Below, piece by piece: positions 13,794 to 28,430 of a DNA stretch of 64,000 bases. The notes below the pieces were generated by a model. That model was not told the origin of the DNA, did no database searches, and saw nothing but the letters and a program-made list of their open reading frames with translations. The position numbers were made by a program, and so were the translations under genes. Source of the DNA: Eledone cirrhosa (lineage: Eukaryota); assembly GCA_964016885.1 (NCBI GenBank), contig OZ024741.1, positions 362,514,001-362,578,000 on the forward strand. Reading direction: 5' to 3'. Within the stretch, counting starts at the first letter, position 1. Each line of letters begins with the position of its first letter.

Positions 13794-14443
13794 TGTTACA
13801 TATCTATGATATAACATTTTTGCATAGTGACCAGCGAAACTGTACAGTCGGGACTAAAGATAAAAATAGGTATATTGTATCTATTATTCCTTTTTATAAT
13901 ATTTTACATAAATCTGATATTGTGTCAATTTAATTATTTCGATTATTTTGTCTCTCATAATCATAGAGTAACACTGGTTAAGGTCGACAACATACAATCT
14001 CACATACTTGTGAAAAATATATGTTTATATATTGTCTCTAACTCCCTCACGGTAGAGTAACCACGGAAGTATAGTGACTGCTTTCAAGCAAACACTATAT
14101 ACACTTCTAGTCAACCTTACCACCCTTCTGTAGCCTATGTATCATATCAATATCTCCCTCCGCCTTCTGAGATATTTTCACTGCTACAAGGGATTAATCC
14201 CCTTTCTTGACCGGTGTATCACGTGATAGAGTCTCCCTCCGCCTTTCTGAGATTTTCTCGCATGCTACGGACGTATGTAGTTAGGGCTCTTCACTGAGGT
14301 GCTCCCTTGATAAGCTGGCTTACCTCACAACAATGTTACATATCTATGATATAACATTTTTGCATAGTGACCAGCGAAACTGTACAGTCGGGAGTAAAGA
14401 AAAAATAGGTATATTGTATCTATTATTCCTTTTTATAATATTT

Positions 14444-14446
<3 letters not shown>
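13794..14446 (+). mobile_element. Retrozyme-like non-coding element: 540-nt unit with ~113-bp terminal direct repeat carrying hammerhead sequence
   Basis: 13794-13907 is repeated at 14334-14446 (540-bp offset); no ORF; bounded by TA-rich runs. Confidence 0.7.
14302..14394 (+). ncRNA. Type I hammerhead ribozyme, U3-A8 core variant
   Basis: CUCCC-UUGAUAA-GCUGG...CCAGC-GAAA-CUGUACAG-UC/GGGAG; predicted cleavage after C14389. Confidence 0.8.
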
Positions 14447-14532
<86 letters not shown>

Positions 14533-14533
<1 letters not shown>

Positions 14534-14829
14534 TAGACCACCCATGACCCGTTGGGTCATGTTCACTTTAAAATATTTTTTTTAAATCGTGTTCACTTAA
14601 AAATAATTTTAAAATAATAAAAATATACACAGACATGTATATAATGTGAAATGAAACTGGAAGGCCTATATATATACGTGAGTGTATGTATATATATATA
14701 TATGTGTGTGTGTGTAAACATATACATATATATGTATGTGTGTGTATATATATATATATGTGGATGTCTGTGATCTACATGCACTGGTCAGAAACACACA
14801 CATATATATATATATTCACACACACTCAC

Positions 14830-14862
<33 letters not shown>

Positions 14863-15180
14863 ACAGCACCACCAGCTCTCTTCCATTTTCATTCTCTGTC
14901 TCCTCTCCCTCTTTCTGTCTCTCTTTCAATCTACTCTCTCACAACCACTATCTCTTTCTCTCTATATTTTTCTCTCTTTGTTTACTTTGTTTATGAAGGC
15001 ACCAGGAAAAACCCCATATGTCGGGAAACCGGGGTCCGATTTACGCGAAATTTGTTTTGTTCCATTTGTATTCCCATTTCAGGGTCAACTTCCTTTCAAA
15101 GTATTTTCCCATTATGCGCCCTTTTGGCTGTATTACATTTCAGATAAGCAAGCAAACAATCACAGACTTTTAGTATTATA
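14533..15180 (-). mobile_element. Non-autonomous Helitron-like element
   Basis: CTAG end next to hairpin catgacccgttgggtcatg at 14533-14561; internal microsatellites; 5' end approximate. Confidence 0.45.
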
Positions 15181-15255
15181 AAAAATGTATACACCATTCT
15201 AATATATATATTGCTTGTACAGGTAATCAAAGTGTGTATACATTTTTCCGGGACA

Positions 15256-15328
<73 letters not shown>

Positions 15329-16020
15329 GGTGTCCCTAAAAATGTATACACCATCCTAATATATATATTGCCTGTACAGGTAATCAAAGTGTGTATACAT
15401 TTTTCGGGGAGACCATATATATATACCGGGGTCCCTAAAAATGTATACACCATTCTAATATATATATTGCCGGTACAGGTAATCAAAGTGTGTATACATT
15501 TTTCCGGGATACCATATATATATATATACCGGTGTCCCTAAAAATGTATACACCATTCTAATATATATATTGCCGGTACAGGTAATCAAAGTGTGTATAC
15601 AATTTTCGGGGACACCATATATATATATACCGGGGTCCCTAAAAATGTATACACCTTTCTAATATATATATTGCCTGTACAGATAATCAAAGTGTGTATG
15701 CATTTTTCGGGGACTCCATATATATACCGGGGTCCCTAAAAATGTATACACCTTTCTAATATATATATTACCTGTACAGGTAATCAAAGTGTGTATACAT
15801 TTTTCGGGGGTCCCTAAAAATGTATACACCATTCTAATATATATACTGCCTGTATCGGTAATCAAAGTGTGTATACATTTTTCGGGGACACCATATATAT
15901 ATTTATATATACCGGGGTCCCTAAAAATGTATACGCCATTCTAATATATATATTGCCTGTACAGGTAATCAAAGTGTGTATACATTTTTGCGGGACACCA
16001 TATATATATATATATATATA
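15181..16020. repeat. Short array (~8 units) of the ~105-bp satellite
   Basis: Same unit as 19891-34620. Confidence 0.92.
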
Positions 16021-18180
16021 TTTAATACAATAACAGAGATAGTTTAAAGCTAAACTCTGACTGGTAACCATCTCACTCAACAAACATTAGGTTATATATT
16101 CATGTAAGAATATATTTAGGTGGGCACTTATAAATCGTCAGTGGAAGCCCATTAAACATTGATATAAGAAAACAATTTCTTACCGCTGTCAAAAATCATG
16201 TCCGTAAAGTAGCTCTCTACTCACCTCGAATGACCGCCAAATTTGAAATTCCAGCAGTTTTTGACTGAGGAAGTATCATAGCGACACGAAGCGGGAAGGA
16301 GAGACAACCCACGAAATGAGGAAAATAATAATAATATACACGCGGGTTAATTAGTTTTTTTTGAAAACATTATCAATCCGACGTGTTTAAGAACTCAATT
16401 GAAAATAAAAAAATAAATATATGCTTGTATAAATTACACACGCATATAGATATTTTCTTAGGCTAAATCAGAAGTTGTACCCGAATAAGAACCGCTTCTC
16501 ATAACCGCAGTAAATGCAGAAAGTTATGCTATAAAGGGCAAATGGGAATATAATTCTCCGGCCGAAATATTAAGAGTAAAATATAAAACACACGCGGGTT
16601 AATTAGTTATTACAAAACCAATATTAGTTCCTCGTGTAAAGAACTCAATTAATAAAAGGAAATAAATATACATATGCATGTAATTATATACGTAGGCATA
16701 TATATATATATACTTTCCTAGGCTAAAAAACAGAGAAGTTACAACCAAAAAAAGCCACAATATTTCACAACAGTAATAAATACGGAAAGTCAAATTCAAA
16801 AGGTACCTGGAAATAAACACCTCTGGCCAATCAAGAGTAAATATTTAATACAATAACAGAGATAGTTTAAAGCTAAACTCTGACTGGTAACCATTTCACT
16901 CAACAAACATTAGGTTATATTAAAATATAAACCCAATTTAAGTGTTTGGGGTGCTAACAAAATGTATAATGTGGAAAAACCAGTTGTATTATTTTATGAG
17001 ATATAATTAAAGTTAAAGTATATCTCTCTTTCCAAACAATTGTTTCATTATAAGTTTTCTACAAGTTTGGGAGAATGTTTCCAGTTTATGTAGAAGCCTA
17101 ATATATATTCATGTAAGAATATATTTAGGTGGGCACTTATAAATCGTCAGTGGAAGCTCATTAAACATTGATATAAGAAAACAATTTCTTACCGCTGTCA
17201 AAAATCATGTCCGTAAAGTAGCTCTCTACTCACCTCGAATGACCGCCAAATTTAAAATTCCAGCAGTTTTTGACTGAAGAAGTATCATAGCGACACGAAG
17301 CGGGAAGGGGAGACAACCCACGAAATGAGGAAAATAATAATAATATACACGCGGGTTAATTAGTTCTTTTGAAAACATTATCAATCCGACGTGTTTAAGA
17401 ACTCAATTGAAAATAAAAAAATAAATATATGCTTGTATAAATTACACACGCATATAGATATTTTCTTAGGCTAAATCAGAAGTTGTACCCGAATAAGAAC
17501 CGCTTCTCATAACCGCAGTAAATGCAGAAAGTTATGCTATAAAGGGCAAATGGGAATATAATTCTCCGGCCGAAATATTAAGAGTAAAATATAAAACACA
17601 CGCGGGTTAATTAGTTATTACAAAACCAATATTAGTTCCTCGTGTAAAGAACTCAATTAATAAAAGGAAATAAATATACATATGCATGTAATTATATACG
17701 TAGGCATATATATATATACTTTCCTAGGCTAAAAAACAGAGAAGTTACAACCAAAAAAAGCCACAATATTTCACAACAGTAATAAATACGGAAAGTCAAA
17801 TTCAAAAGGTACCTGGAAATAAACACCTCTGGCCAATCAAGAGTAAATATTTAATACAATAACAGAGATAGTTTAAAGCTAAACTCTGACTGGTAACCAT
17901 CTCACTCAACAAACATTAGGTTATATTAAAATATAAACCCAATTTAAGTGTTTGGGGTGCTAACAAAATGTATAATGTGGAAAAACCAGTTGTATTATTT
18001 TATGAGATATAATTAAAGTTAAAGTATATCTCTCTTTCCAAACAATTGTTTCATTATAAGTTTTCTACAAGTTTGGGAGAATGTTTCCAGTTTATGTAGA
18101 AGCCTAATATATATTCATGTAAGAATATATTTAGGTGGGCACTTATAAATCGTCAGTGGAAGCCCATTAAACATTGATAT
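16020..18180. repeat. ~1.0-kb tandem duplication (about two copies)
   Basis: attcatgtaagaat recurs at ~16098, ~17107 and ~18113; near-identical copies. Confidence 0.9.
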
Positions 18181-18190
18181 ATATATATAA

Positions 18191-18272
18191 GGTTCTCTGA
18201 TGATCGTTGCTTTTCCATTAATATCCTCGTGATATTTAATGTTTTGCACTGTGAAACTGTACAGTTAGGGCC
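18191..18272 (+). ncRNA. Type I hammerhead ribozyme, partly degenerate; related to the 14302 copy
   Basis: GGUUCU-CUGAUGA-long stem II (cattaatatc/gatatttaatg)-GAAA-CUGUACAG-UU/AGGGCC; same ACUGUACAGU palindrome. Confidence 0.65.
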
Positions 18273-18612
18273 ATTTGAATAGGTAAATATTTATATTATA
18301 TTTTTTAATTTTGATTAATTTTAATTGTATATTAATTTTGATTTATTTTGAAAAATTGGTTGAATTTTACTTGTTCTGCATATCTCGATATATATATATA
18401 TATATATAGTATTAGTTATACTATTTATGGTTATGTAAACACAAAACCTTAAGCAGTTGTAAGTATTTTACACACACCCTAAATAGTGGTAGGCAGTAAT
18501 GTATTACTACCTTATTACCAGTAAGTTAAGTAGCTCAATGTAAAAACATCAGATGATTTACAGAGCAGTTATATGAAATATAAGAATCAAAGAACTGTTC
18601 AAAACATTATTG

Positions 18613-18659
18613 TGCTTACAGCTGTTTCCTCCAAACCGAGGTTTGGATTCTTCGGAGCA
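18613..18659 (-). ncRNA. Minimal hammerhead-like fold with CCGA core
   Basis: UGCU-CCGAAGA-a-UCCAAAC cucg GUUUGGA-g-GAAA-CAGCUG-UA/AGCA. Confidence 0.6.
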
Positions 18660-19890
18660 ATTTATTAATGCATGGACAGTTATATGACCTCCTTTTCAGC
18701 CGAGAGACATACCAATACATATTCAAACATTGATACATATTCAAACATTGTGGGTCAACATTCATTACAAAATTTAGAGTGGCAGTACACACTTCGAGAT
18801 TACATTTATATTAATAGGTACAATCAAAAATCAAAGATATAGGTTAAAGTACAACATGAAGATAAGTGGTTATATAGTGCAAATGTTATATGTGTGGCAC
18901 GCATGTGCGTCTTGTTTATATAGTGTGGCAGAGAGATATGTGTGGTAGAGGCACTTAGGTAGGTAAATAAGAGTGTTAGGTTGGTAGATCTGGTGGCAAA
19001 GTCTTTATATGATTGATGTAGTCTGTGTGTGGAGAAATATTATAAGTATTAAAGATAGTGCAAGCATTAAAAGTGTTATAAGTATTGGAGATGCACAACG
19101 CAGGGATGTCAAGTAATTCATGTACTTCGGCATTTTCATGGTCAAGGGAGTGTATATTTCGATTATATGCCTTTCACATAATCCACGACAATCCAGTTAG
19201 AGATCGTAGTCTGGTGTTCTTTAGTTCGATACAGGAGGTTGTTACGTTTCGAGAGACGCCATTGAATACCGGAAGTGTGTGTGTGGCTAAGGGGAGTTAA
19301 TGCATGCGGGGAGGTAACTCTGGGGTTTCTATATCTAGCCATTAAAATGTGTCCCAATATGGACCCTAAATTCTATGGTGAGGTGCACCTTCCAAGAGAG
19401 ACTTTTAAAGCATAAAGTGCACTAACTATAGAGTAGTTTAACTAAATTATGCTGAAGGTGATCATATTATTATTAAGGTGGATTAACCCATCTTAAGGTG
19501 CTACAAATGGAAATTATAGATGATGAGCGAGGATTCTAAATTAATGATCTCTGTGGTTGTAGTCTGCTCATATGACCAGGCGCGGTGATTGCAGGATTGC
19601 TTCAGGACCCAATGATCTCTGGTAAGATCTGGGTCATCGCTTGCTACATTGGATGTCGAAAGATAATCGTCCCCAGGCAGGCCAAAGGTCAATCCGCAGT
19701 CCTCGCGACCCCTCTCTGACCGTCAGATCATCCATATACGTACAACCCGCACGGCAGTTGCATTGCATTCACTCACTGCGCTCAGCAGCCCGGTCCTACT
19801 GGTCAACAGCGCTACTCGATTAAATCATTTTACATCTGTCTAAGGAAGGTGTTTCCTCTGCCCAACATCATCCAACCGATCAATTCATGC

Positions 19891-22800
19891 TAAAAATGTA
19901 TACACCATTCTAATATATATATTGCCTGTACAGGTAATCAAAGTGTGTATACATTTTTCGGGGACACAATACATATATATACCGGGGTCCCTAAAAATGT
20001 GTACACCATTCTAATATATATATTGCCTGTACAGGTAATCAAAGTTTGTATACATTTTTCGGGGACACCATATATATATATATATACCGGGGTCCCTAAA
20101 AATGTATACACCATTCTAATATATATAGTGCCTGTACAGGTAATCAAAGTGTGTATACATTTTTCGGGGACACCATATATATGTATACCGGTGTCCCTTA
20201 AAATGTATACACCATTCTAATATATATATTGCCTGTACAGGTAATCAAAGTGTGTATACATTTTTCGGGGACACCATATATATAAATACCGGGGTCCGTA
20301 AAAATGTATACACCATTCTAATATATATATATTGCCTGTACAGGTAATCAAAGTGTGTATACATTTTTACGGGACACCATATATATATATATACTGGTGT
20401 CCCTAAACATGTATACACCATTCCAATATATATATTGCCTGTACAGGTAATCAAAGTGTGTATACATTTTTCGGGGACACCATATATATATATATATATA
20501 TATATACAGCGATCCCTAAAAATGTATACACCATTCTAATATATATATTGCCTGTACAGATAATCAAAGTGTGTATACATTTTTCGGGGACACCATATAT
20601 ATATATATACTGGGGTCCCTAAAAATGTATACACCATTCTAATATATATATTGACTGTACAGGTAATCAAAGTGTGTATACATTTTTAGGGGAGACCATA
20701 TATATATACCGGGGTCCCTAAAAATGTATACACCATTCTAATATATATATTGCCTGTACAGGTAATCAACGTGTGTATACATTTTTCCGGGACACCATAT
20801 ATATATATATATATATATATACCGGTGTCCCTAAAAATGTATACACCATTCTTATATATATATTGACTGTACAGGTAATCAAAGTGTGTATACATTCTTC
20901 GGGGACACCATATATATATTTATATATACCGGGGTCCCTAAAAATGTGTACACCATTCTAATATATATATTGCCTGTACAGGTAATCAAAGTTTGTATAC
21001 ATTTTTCGGGGACACCATATATATATATATACCGGGGTCCCTAAAAATGTATACACCATTCTAATATATATATTGCCTGTACAGGTAATCAAAGTGTGTA
21101 TACATTTTTCCGGGACACCATATATATATATATACCGGTGTCACTAAAAATGTATACACCATTCTAATATATATATTGCCTGTACAGATAATCAAAGTGT
21201 GTATACATTTTTCGGGGACACCATATATATATATATATATACCGGGGTCCCTAAAAATGTATACCCCATTGTAATATTTATATTGCCTGTACAGGTAATC
21301 AAAGTGTGTATACATTTTTCGGGGACACCATATATATATACCAGGGTCCCTAAAAATGTATACTCCATTCTAATATATATATTGCCTGTACAGATAATCA
21401 AAGTGTGTATAAATTTTTCGGGGACACCATATATATATATATATACCGGGGTCCCTAAAAATGTATACTCCATTCTAATATATATATTGCCGGTACAGGT
21501 AATCAAAGTGTGCATACATTTTTCGGGGACACCATACATATACATATATATACCGGGGTCCCTAAAAATGTATACACCATTTTAATATATATATTGCCTG
21601 TATAGGTAATCAAAGTGTGTATACATTTTTCCGGGACACCATATATATATTTATATATACCGCGGTCCCTAAAAATGTATACGCCATTCTAATATATATA
21701 TTGCCTGTACAGGTAATCAAAGTGTGTATACATTTTTCGGGGGTCCCTAAAAATGTATACACCATTCTAATATATATATTGCCTGTACAGGTAATCAAAG
21801 TGTGTATACATTTTTCCGGGACACCATATATATATATATACCGGTGTCCCTAAAAATGTATATACCATTCTAATATATATATTGCCTGTACAGGTAATCA
21901 AGGCGTGTATACATTTTTCGGGGACACCATACATATATATACCGGGGTCCCTAAAAATGTGTACACCATTCTAATATATATATTGCCTGTACAGGTAATC
22001 AAAGTGTGTATACATTTTTAGGGGAGACCATATATATATACCGGGGTCCCTAAAAATGTATACACCATTCTAATATATATATATTGCCTGTACAGGTAAT
22101 CAAAGTGCGTATACATTTTTCGGGGACACCATATATATATATACCGGGGTCCCTAAAAATGTATACACCATTCTAATATATATATTGCCTGTACAGGTAA
22201 TCAAAGTGTGTATACATTTTTAGGGGAGACCATATATATATACCGGGGTCCCTAAAAATGTATACACCATTCTAATATATATATTGCCTGTACAGGTAAT
22301 CAACGTGTGTATACATTTTTCCGGGACACCATATATATATATATATATATATATACCGGTGTCCCTAAAAATGTATACACCATTCTTATATATATATTGA
22401 CTGTACAGGTAATCAAAGTGTGTATACATTTTTCGGGGACACCATATATATATTTATATATACCGGGGTCCCTAAACATGTGTACACCATTCTAATATAT
22501 ATATTGCCTGTACAGGTAATCAAAGTTTGTATACATTTTTCGGGGACACCATATATATATATATATACCGGGGTCCCTAAAAATGTATACACCATTCTAA
22601 TATATATATTGCCTGTACAGGTAATCAAAGTGTGTATACATTTTTCCGGGACACCATATATATATATATACCGGTGTCACTATAAATGTATACACCATTC
22701 TAATATATATATTGCCGGTACAGGTAATCAAAGTGTGTATACATTTTTCCGGGACACCATATATAAATATATATACCGGTGTCCCTAAAAATGTATACAC

Positions 22801-24537
22801 CATTCTAATATATATATTGCCTGTACAGATAATCAAAGTGTGTATACATTTTTCGGGGACACCATATATATATATATATATACCGGGGTCCCTAAAAATG
22901 TATACCCCATTGTAATATTTATATTGCCTGTACAGGTAATCAAAGTGTGTATACATTTTTCGGGGACACCATATATATATACCAGGGTCCCTAAAAATGT
23001 ATACTCCATTCTAATATATATATTGCCGGTACAGGTAATCAAAGTGTGCATACATTTTTCGGGGACACCATACATATACATATATATACCGGGGTCCCTA
23101 AAAATGTATACACCATTCTAATATATATATTGCCTGTACAGGTAATCAAAGTGTGTATACATTTTTCCGGGACACCATATATATATATATACCGGTGTCA
23201 CTATAAATGTATACACCATTCTAATATATATATTGCCGGTACAGGTAATCAAAGTGTGTATACATTTTTCCGGGACACCATATATAAATATATATACCGG
23301 TGTCCCTAAAAATGTATACACCATTCTAATATATATATTGCCTGTACAGATAATCAAAGTGTGTATACATTTTTCGGGGACACCATATATATATATATAT
23401 ATACCGGGGTCCCTAAAAATGTATACCCCATTGTAATATTTATATTGCCTGTACAGGTAATCAAAGTGTGTATACATTTTTCGGGGACACCATATATATA
23501 TACCAGGGTCCCTAAAAATGTATACTCCATTCTAATATATATATTGCCGGTACAGGTAATCAAAGTGTGCATACATTTTTCGGGGACACCATACATATAC
23601 ATATATATACCGGGGTCCCTAAAAATGTATACACCATTCTAATATATATATTGCCTGTACAGGTAATCAAAGTGTGTATACATTTTTCCGGGACACCATA
23701 TATATATATATATACGGGTGTCCCTAAAAATGTATACACCATTCTAATATATATATTGCCTGTACAGGTAATCAAAGTGTGTATACATTTTTCCGGGACA
23801 CCATATATATATATATATATATATACCGGGGTCCCTAAAAATGTATACACCATTCTAATATATATAGTGCCTGTACAGGTAATCAAAGTGTGTATACATT
23901 TTTCGGGGACACCATATATATGTATACCGGTGTCCCTCAAAATGTATACACCATTCTAATATATATATTGCCTGTACAGGTAATCAAAGTGTGTATACAT
24001 TTTTCGGGGACACCATATATATATATATATATATATACCGGGGTCCCTAAACATGTTTACACCATTCTAATATATATATTGCCTGTACAGGTAATCAAAG
24101 CGTGTATACATTTTTCTGGAACACCATATATATATATATACCGGGGTCCCTAAAAATGTATACATTATTCTAATATATATGTTGCCTGTACAGGTAATCA
24201 AAGTGTGTATACATTTTTCGGGGACACCATATATATAAATACCGGGGTCCGTAAAAATGTATACACCATTCTAATATATATATATTGCCTGAACAGGTAA
24301 TCAAAGTGTGTATACATTTTTACGGGACACCATATATATATATATACTGGTGTCCCTAAAAATGTATACACCATTCCAATATATATATTGCATGTACAGG
24401 TAATCAAAGTGTGTATACATTTTTCGGGGACACCATATATATATATATATACCGGTGTCCCTAAAAATGTATACACCATTCTAATATATATATTGCCTGT
24501 ACAGGAAATCAAAGTGTGTATACATTTTTCGGGGACA

Positions 24538-24591
<54 letters not shown>

Positions 24592-27500
24592 CGGTCCCTA
24601 AAAATGTATACACCATTCTAATATATATATTGACTGTACAGGTAATCAAAGTGTGTATACATTTTTAGGGGAGACCATATATATATACCGGGGTCCCTAA
24701 AAATGTATACACCATTCTAATATATATATTGCCTGTACAGGTAATCAACGTGTGTATACATTTTTCCGGGACACCATATATATATATATACCGGTGTCCC
24801 TAAAAATGTATACACCATTCTTATATATATATTGACTGTACAGGTAATCAAAGTGTGTATACATTCTTCGGAGACACAATATATATATTTATATATACCG
24901 GGGTCCCTAAAAATGTATACGCCATTCTAATATATATATTGCCTGTACAGGTAATCAAAGTGCGTATACATTTTTCGGGGACACCATATATATATATACC
25001 GGGGTCCCTAAAAATGTATACATCATTCTAATATATATATTGCCTGTACAGGTAATCAAAGTGTGTATACATTTTTCGGGGACACCATACATATATATAC
25101 CGGGGTCCCTAAAAATGTGTACACCATTCTAATATATATATTGCCTGTACAGGTAATCAAAGTTTGTATACATTTTTCGGGGACACCATATATATATATA
25201 TATACCGGGGTCCCTAAAAATGTATACACCATTCTAATATATATAGTGCCTGTACAGGTAATCAAAGTGTGTATACATTTTTCGGGGACACCATATATAT
25301 GTATACCGGTGTCCCTTAAAATGTATACACCATTCTAATATATATATTGCCTGTACAGGTAATCAAAGTGTGTATACATTTTTCGGGGACACCATATATA
25401 TAAATACCGGGGTCCGTAAAAATGTATACACCATTCTAATATATATATATTGCCTGTACAGGTAATCAAAGTGTGTATACATTTTTACGGGACACCATAT
25501 ATATATATATACTGGTGTCCCTAAACATGTATACACCATTCCAATATATATATTGCCTGTACAGGTAATCAAAGTGTGTATACATTTTTCGGGGACACCA
25601 TATATATATATATATATATATATACAGCGATCCCTAAAAATGTATACACCATTCTAATATATATATTGCCTGTACAGATAATCAAAGTGTGTATACATTT
25701 TTCGGGGACACCATATATATATATATACTGGGGTCCCTAAAAATGTATACACCATTCTAATATATATATTGACTGTACAGGTAATCAAAGTGTGTATACA
25801 TTTTTAGGGGAGACCATATATATATACCGGGGTCCCTAAAAATGTATACACCATTCTAATATATATATTGCCTGTACAGGTAATCAACGTGTGTATACAT
25901 TTTTCCGGGACACCATATATATATATATATATATATACCGGTGTCCCTAAAAATGTATACACCATTCTTATATATATATTGACTGTACAGGTAATCAAAG
26001 TGTGTATACATTCTTCGGGGACACCATATATATATTTATATATACCGGGGTCCCTAAAAATGTGTACACCATTCTAATATATATATTGCCTGTACAGGTA
26101 ATCAAAGTTTGTATACATTTTTCGGGGACACCATATATATATATATACCGGGGTCCCTAAAAATGTATACACCATTCTAATATATATATTGCCTGTACAG
26201 GTAATCAAAGTGTGTATACATTTTTCCGGGACACCATATATATATATATACCGGTGTCACTAAAAATGTATACACCATTCTAATATATATATTGCCTGTA
26301 CAGATAATCAAAGTGTGTATACATTTTTCGGGGACACCATATATATATATATATATACCGGGGTCCCTAAAAATGTATACCCCATTGTAATATTTATATT
26401 GCCTGTACAGGTAATCAAAGTGTGTATACATTTTTCGGGGACACCATATATATATACCAGGGTCCCTAAAAATGTATACTCCATTCTAATATATATATTG
26501 CCTGTACAGATAATCAAAGTGTGTATAAATTTTTCGGGGACACCATATATATATATATATACCGGGGTCCCTAAAAATGTATACTCCATTCTAATATATA
26601 TATTGCCGGTACAGGTAATCAAAGTGTGCATACATTTTTCGGGGACACCATACATATACATATATATACCGGGGTCCCTAAAAATGTATACACCATTTTA
26701 ATATATATATTGCCTGTATAGGTAATCAAAGTGTGTATACATTTTTCCGGGACACCATATATATATTTATATATACCGCGGTCCCTAAAAATGTATACGC
26801 CATTCTAATATATATATTGCCTGTACAGGTAATCAAAGTGTGTATACATTTTTCGGGGATCCCTAAAAATGTATACACCATTCTAATATATATATTGCCT
26901 GTACAGGTAATCAAAGTGTGTATACATTTTTCCGGGACACCATATATATATATATACCGGTGTCCCTAAAAATGTATATACCATTCTAATATATATATAT
27001 TGCCTGTACAGGTAATCAAGGCGTGTATACATTTTTCGGGGACACCATACATATATATACCGGGGTCCTTAAAAATGTGTACACCATTCTAATATATATA
27101 TTGCCTGTACAGGTAATCAAAGTGTGTATACATTTTTAGGGGAGACCATATATATATACCGGGGTCCCTAAAAATGTATACACCATTCTAATATATATAT
27201 ATTGCCTGTACAGGTAATCAAAGTGCGTATACATTTTTCGGGGACACCATATATATATGTACCGGGGTCCCTAAAAATGTATACACCATTCTAATATATA
27301 TATTGCCTGTACAGGTAATCAAAGTGTGTATACATTTTTAGGGGAGACCATATATATATACCGGGGTCCCTAAAAATGTATACACCATTCTAATATATAT
27401 ATTGCCTGTACAGGTAATCAACGTGTGTATACATTTTTCCGGGACACCATATATATATATATATATATATATACCGGTGTCCCTAAAAATGTATACACCA

Positions 27501-28397
27501 TTCTTATATATATATTGACTGTACAGGTAATCAAAGTGTGTATACATTTTTCGGGGACACCATATATATATTTATATATACCGGGGTCCCTAAACATGTG
27601 TACACCATTCTAATATATATATTGCCTGTACAGGTAATCAAAGTTTGTATACATTTTTCGGGGACACCATATATATATATATATACCGGGGTCCCTAAAA
27701 ATGTATACACCATTCTAATATATATATTGCCTGTACAGGTAATCAAAGTGTGTATACATTTTTCCGGGACACCATATATATATATATACCGGTGTCACTA
27801 TAAATGTATACACCATTCTAATATATATATTGCCGGTACAGGTAATCAAAGTGTGTATACATTTTTCCGGGACACCATATATAAATATATATACCGGTGT
27901 CCCTAAAAATGTATACACCATTCTAATATATATATTGCCTGTACAGATAATCAAAGTGTGTATACATTTTTCGGGGACACCATATATATATATATATATA
28001 CCGGGGTCCCTAAAAATGTATACCCCATTGTAATATTTATATTGCCTGTACAGGTAATCAAAGTGTGTATACATTTTTCGGGGACACCATATATATATAC
28101 CAGGGTCCCTAAAAATGTATACTCCATTCTAATATATATATTGCCGGTACAGGTAATCAAAGTGTGCATACATTTTTCGGGGACACCATACATATACATA
28201 TATATACCGGGGTCCCTAAAAATGTATACACCATTCTAATATATATATTGCCTGTACAGGTAATCAAAGTGTGTATACATTTTTCCGGGACACCATATAT
28301 ATATATATATACGGGTGTCCCTAAAAATGTATACACCATTCTAATATATATATTGCCTGTACAGGTAATCAAAGTGTGTATACATTTTTCCGGGACA

Positions 28398-28430
<33 letters not shown>

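Noticed and set aside
17095-17160. Minus-strand ctgacga...gaatatata within the 1-kb duplication as a hammerhead
   Set aside because: No convincing stem I and incomplete GAAA
19163-19357. ORF with RTKEH resembling a GIY-YIG remnant
   Set aside because: No GIY/YIG motifs; similarity too short to support
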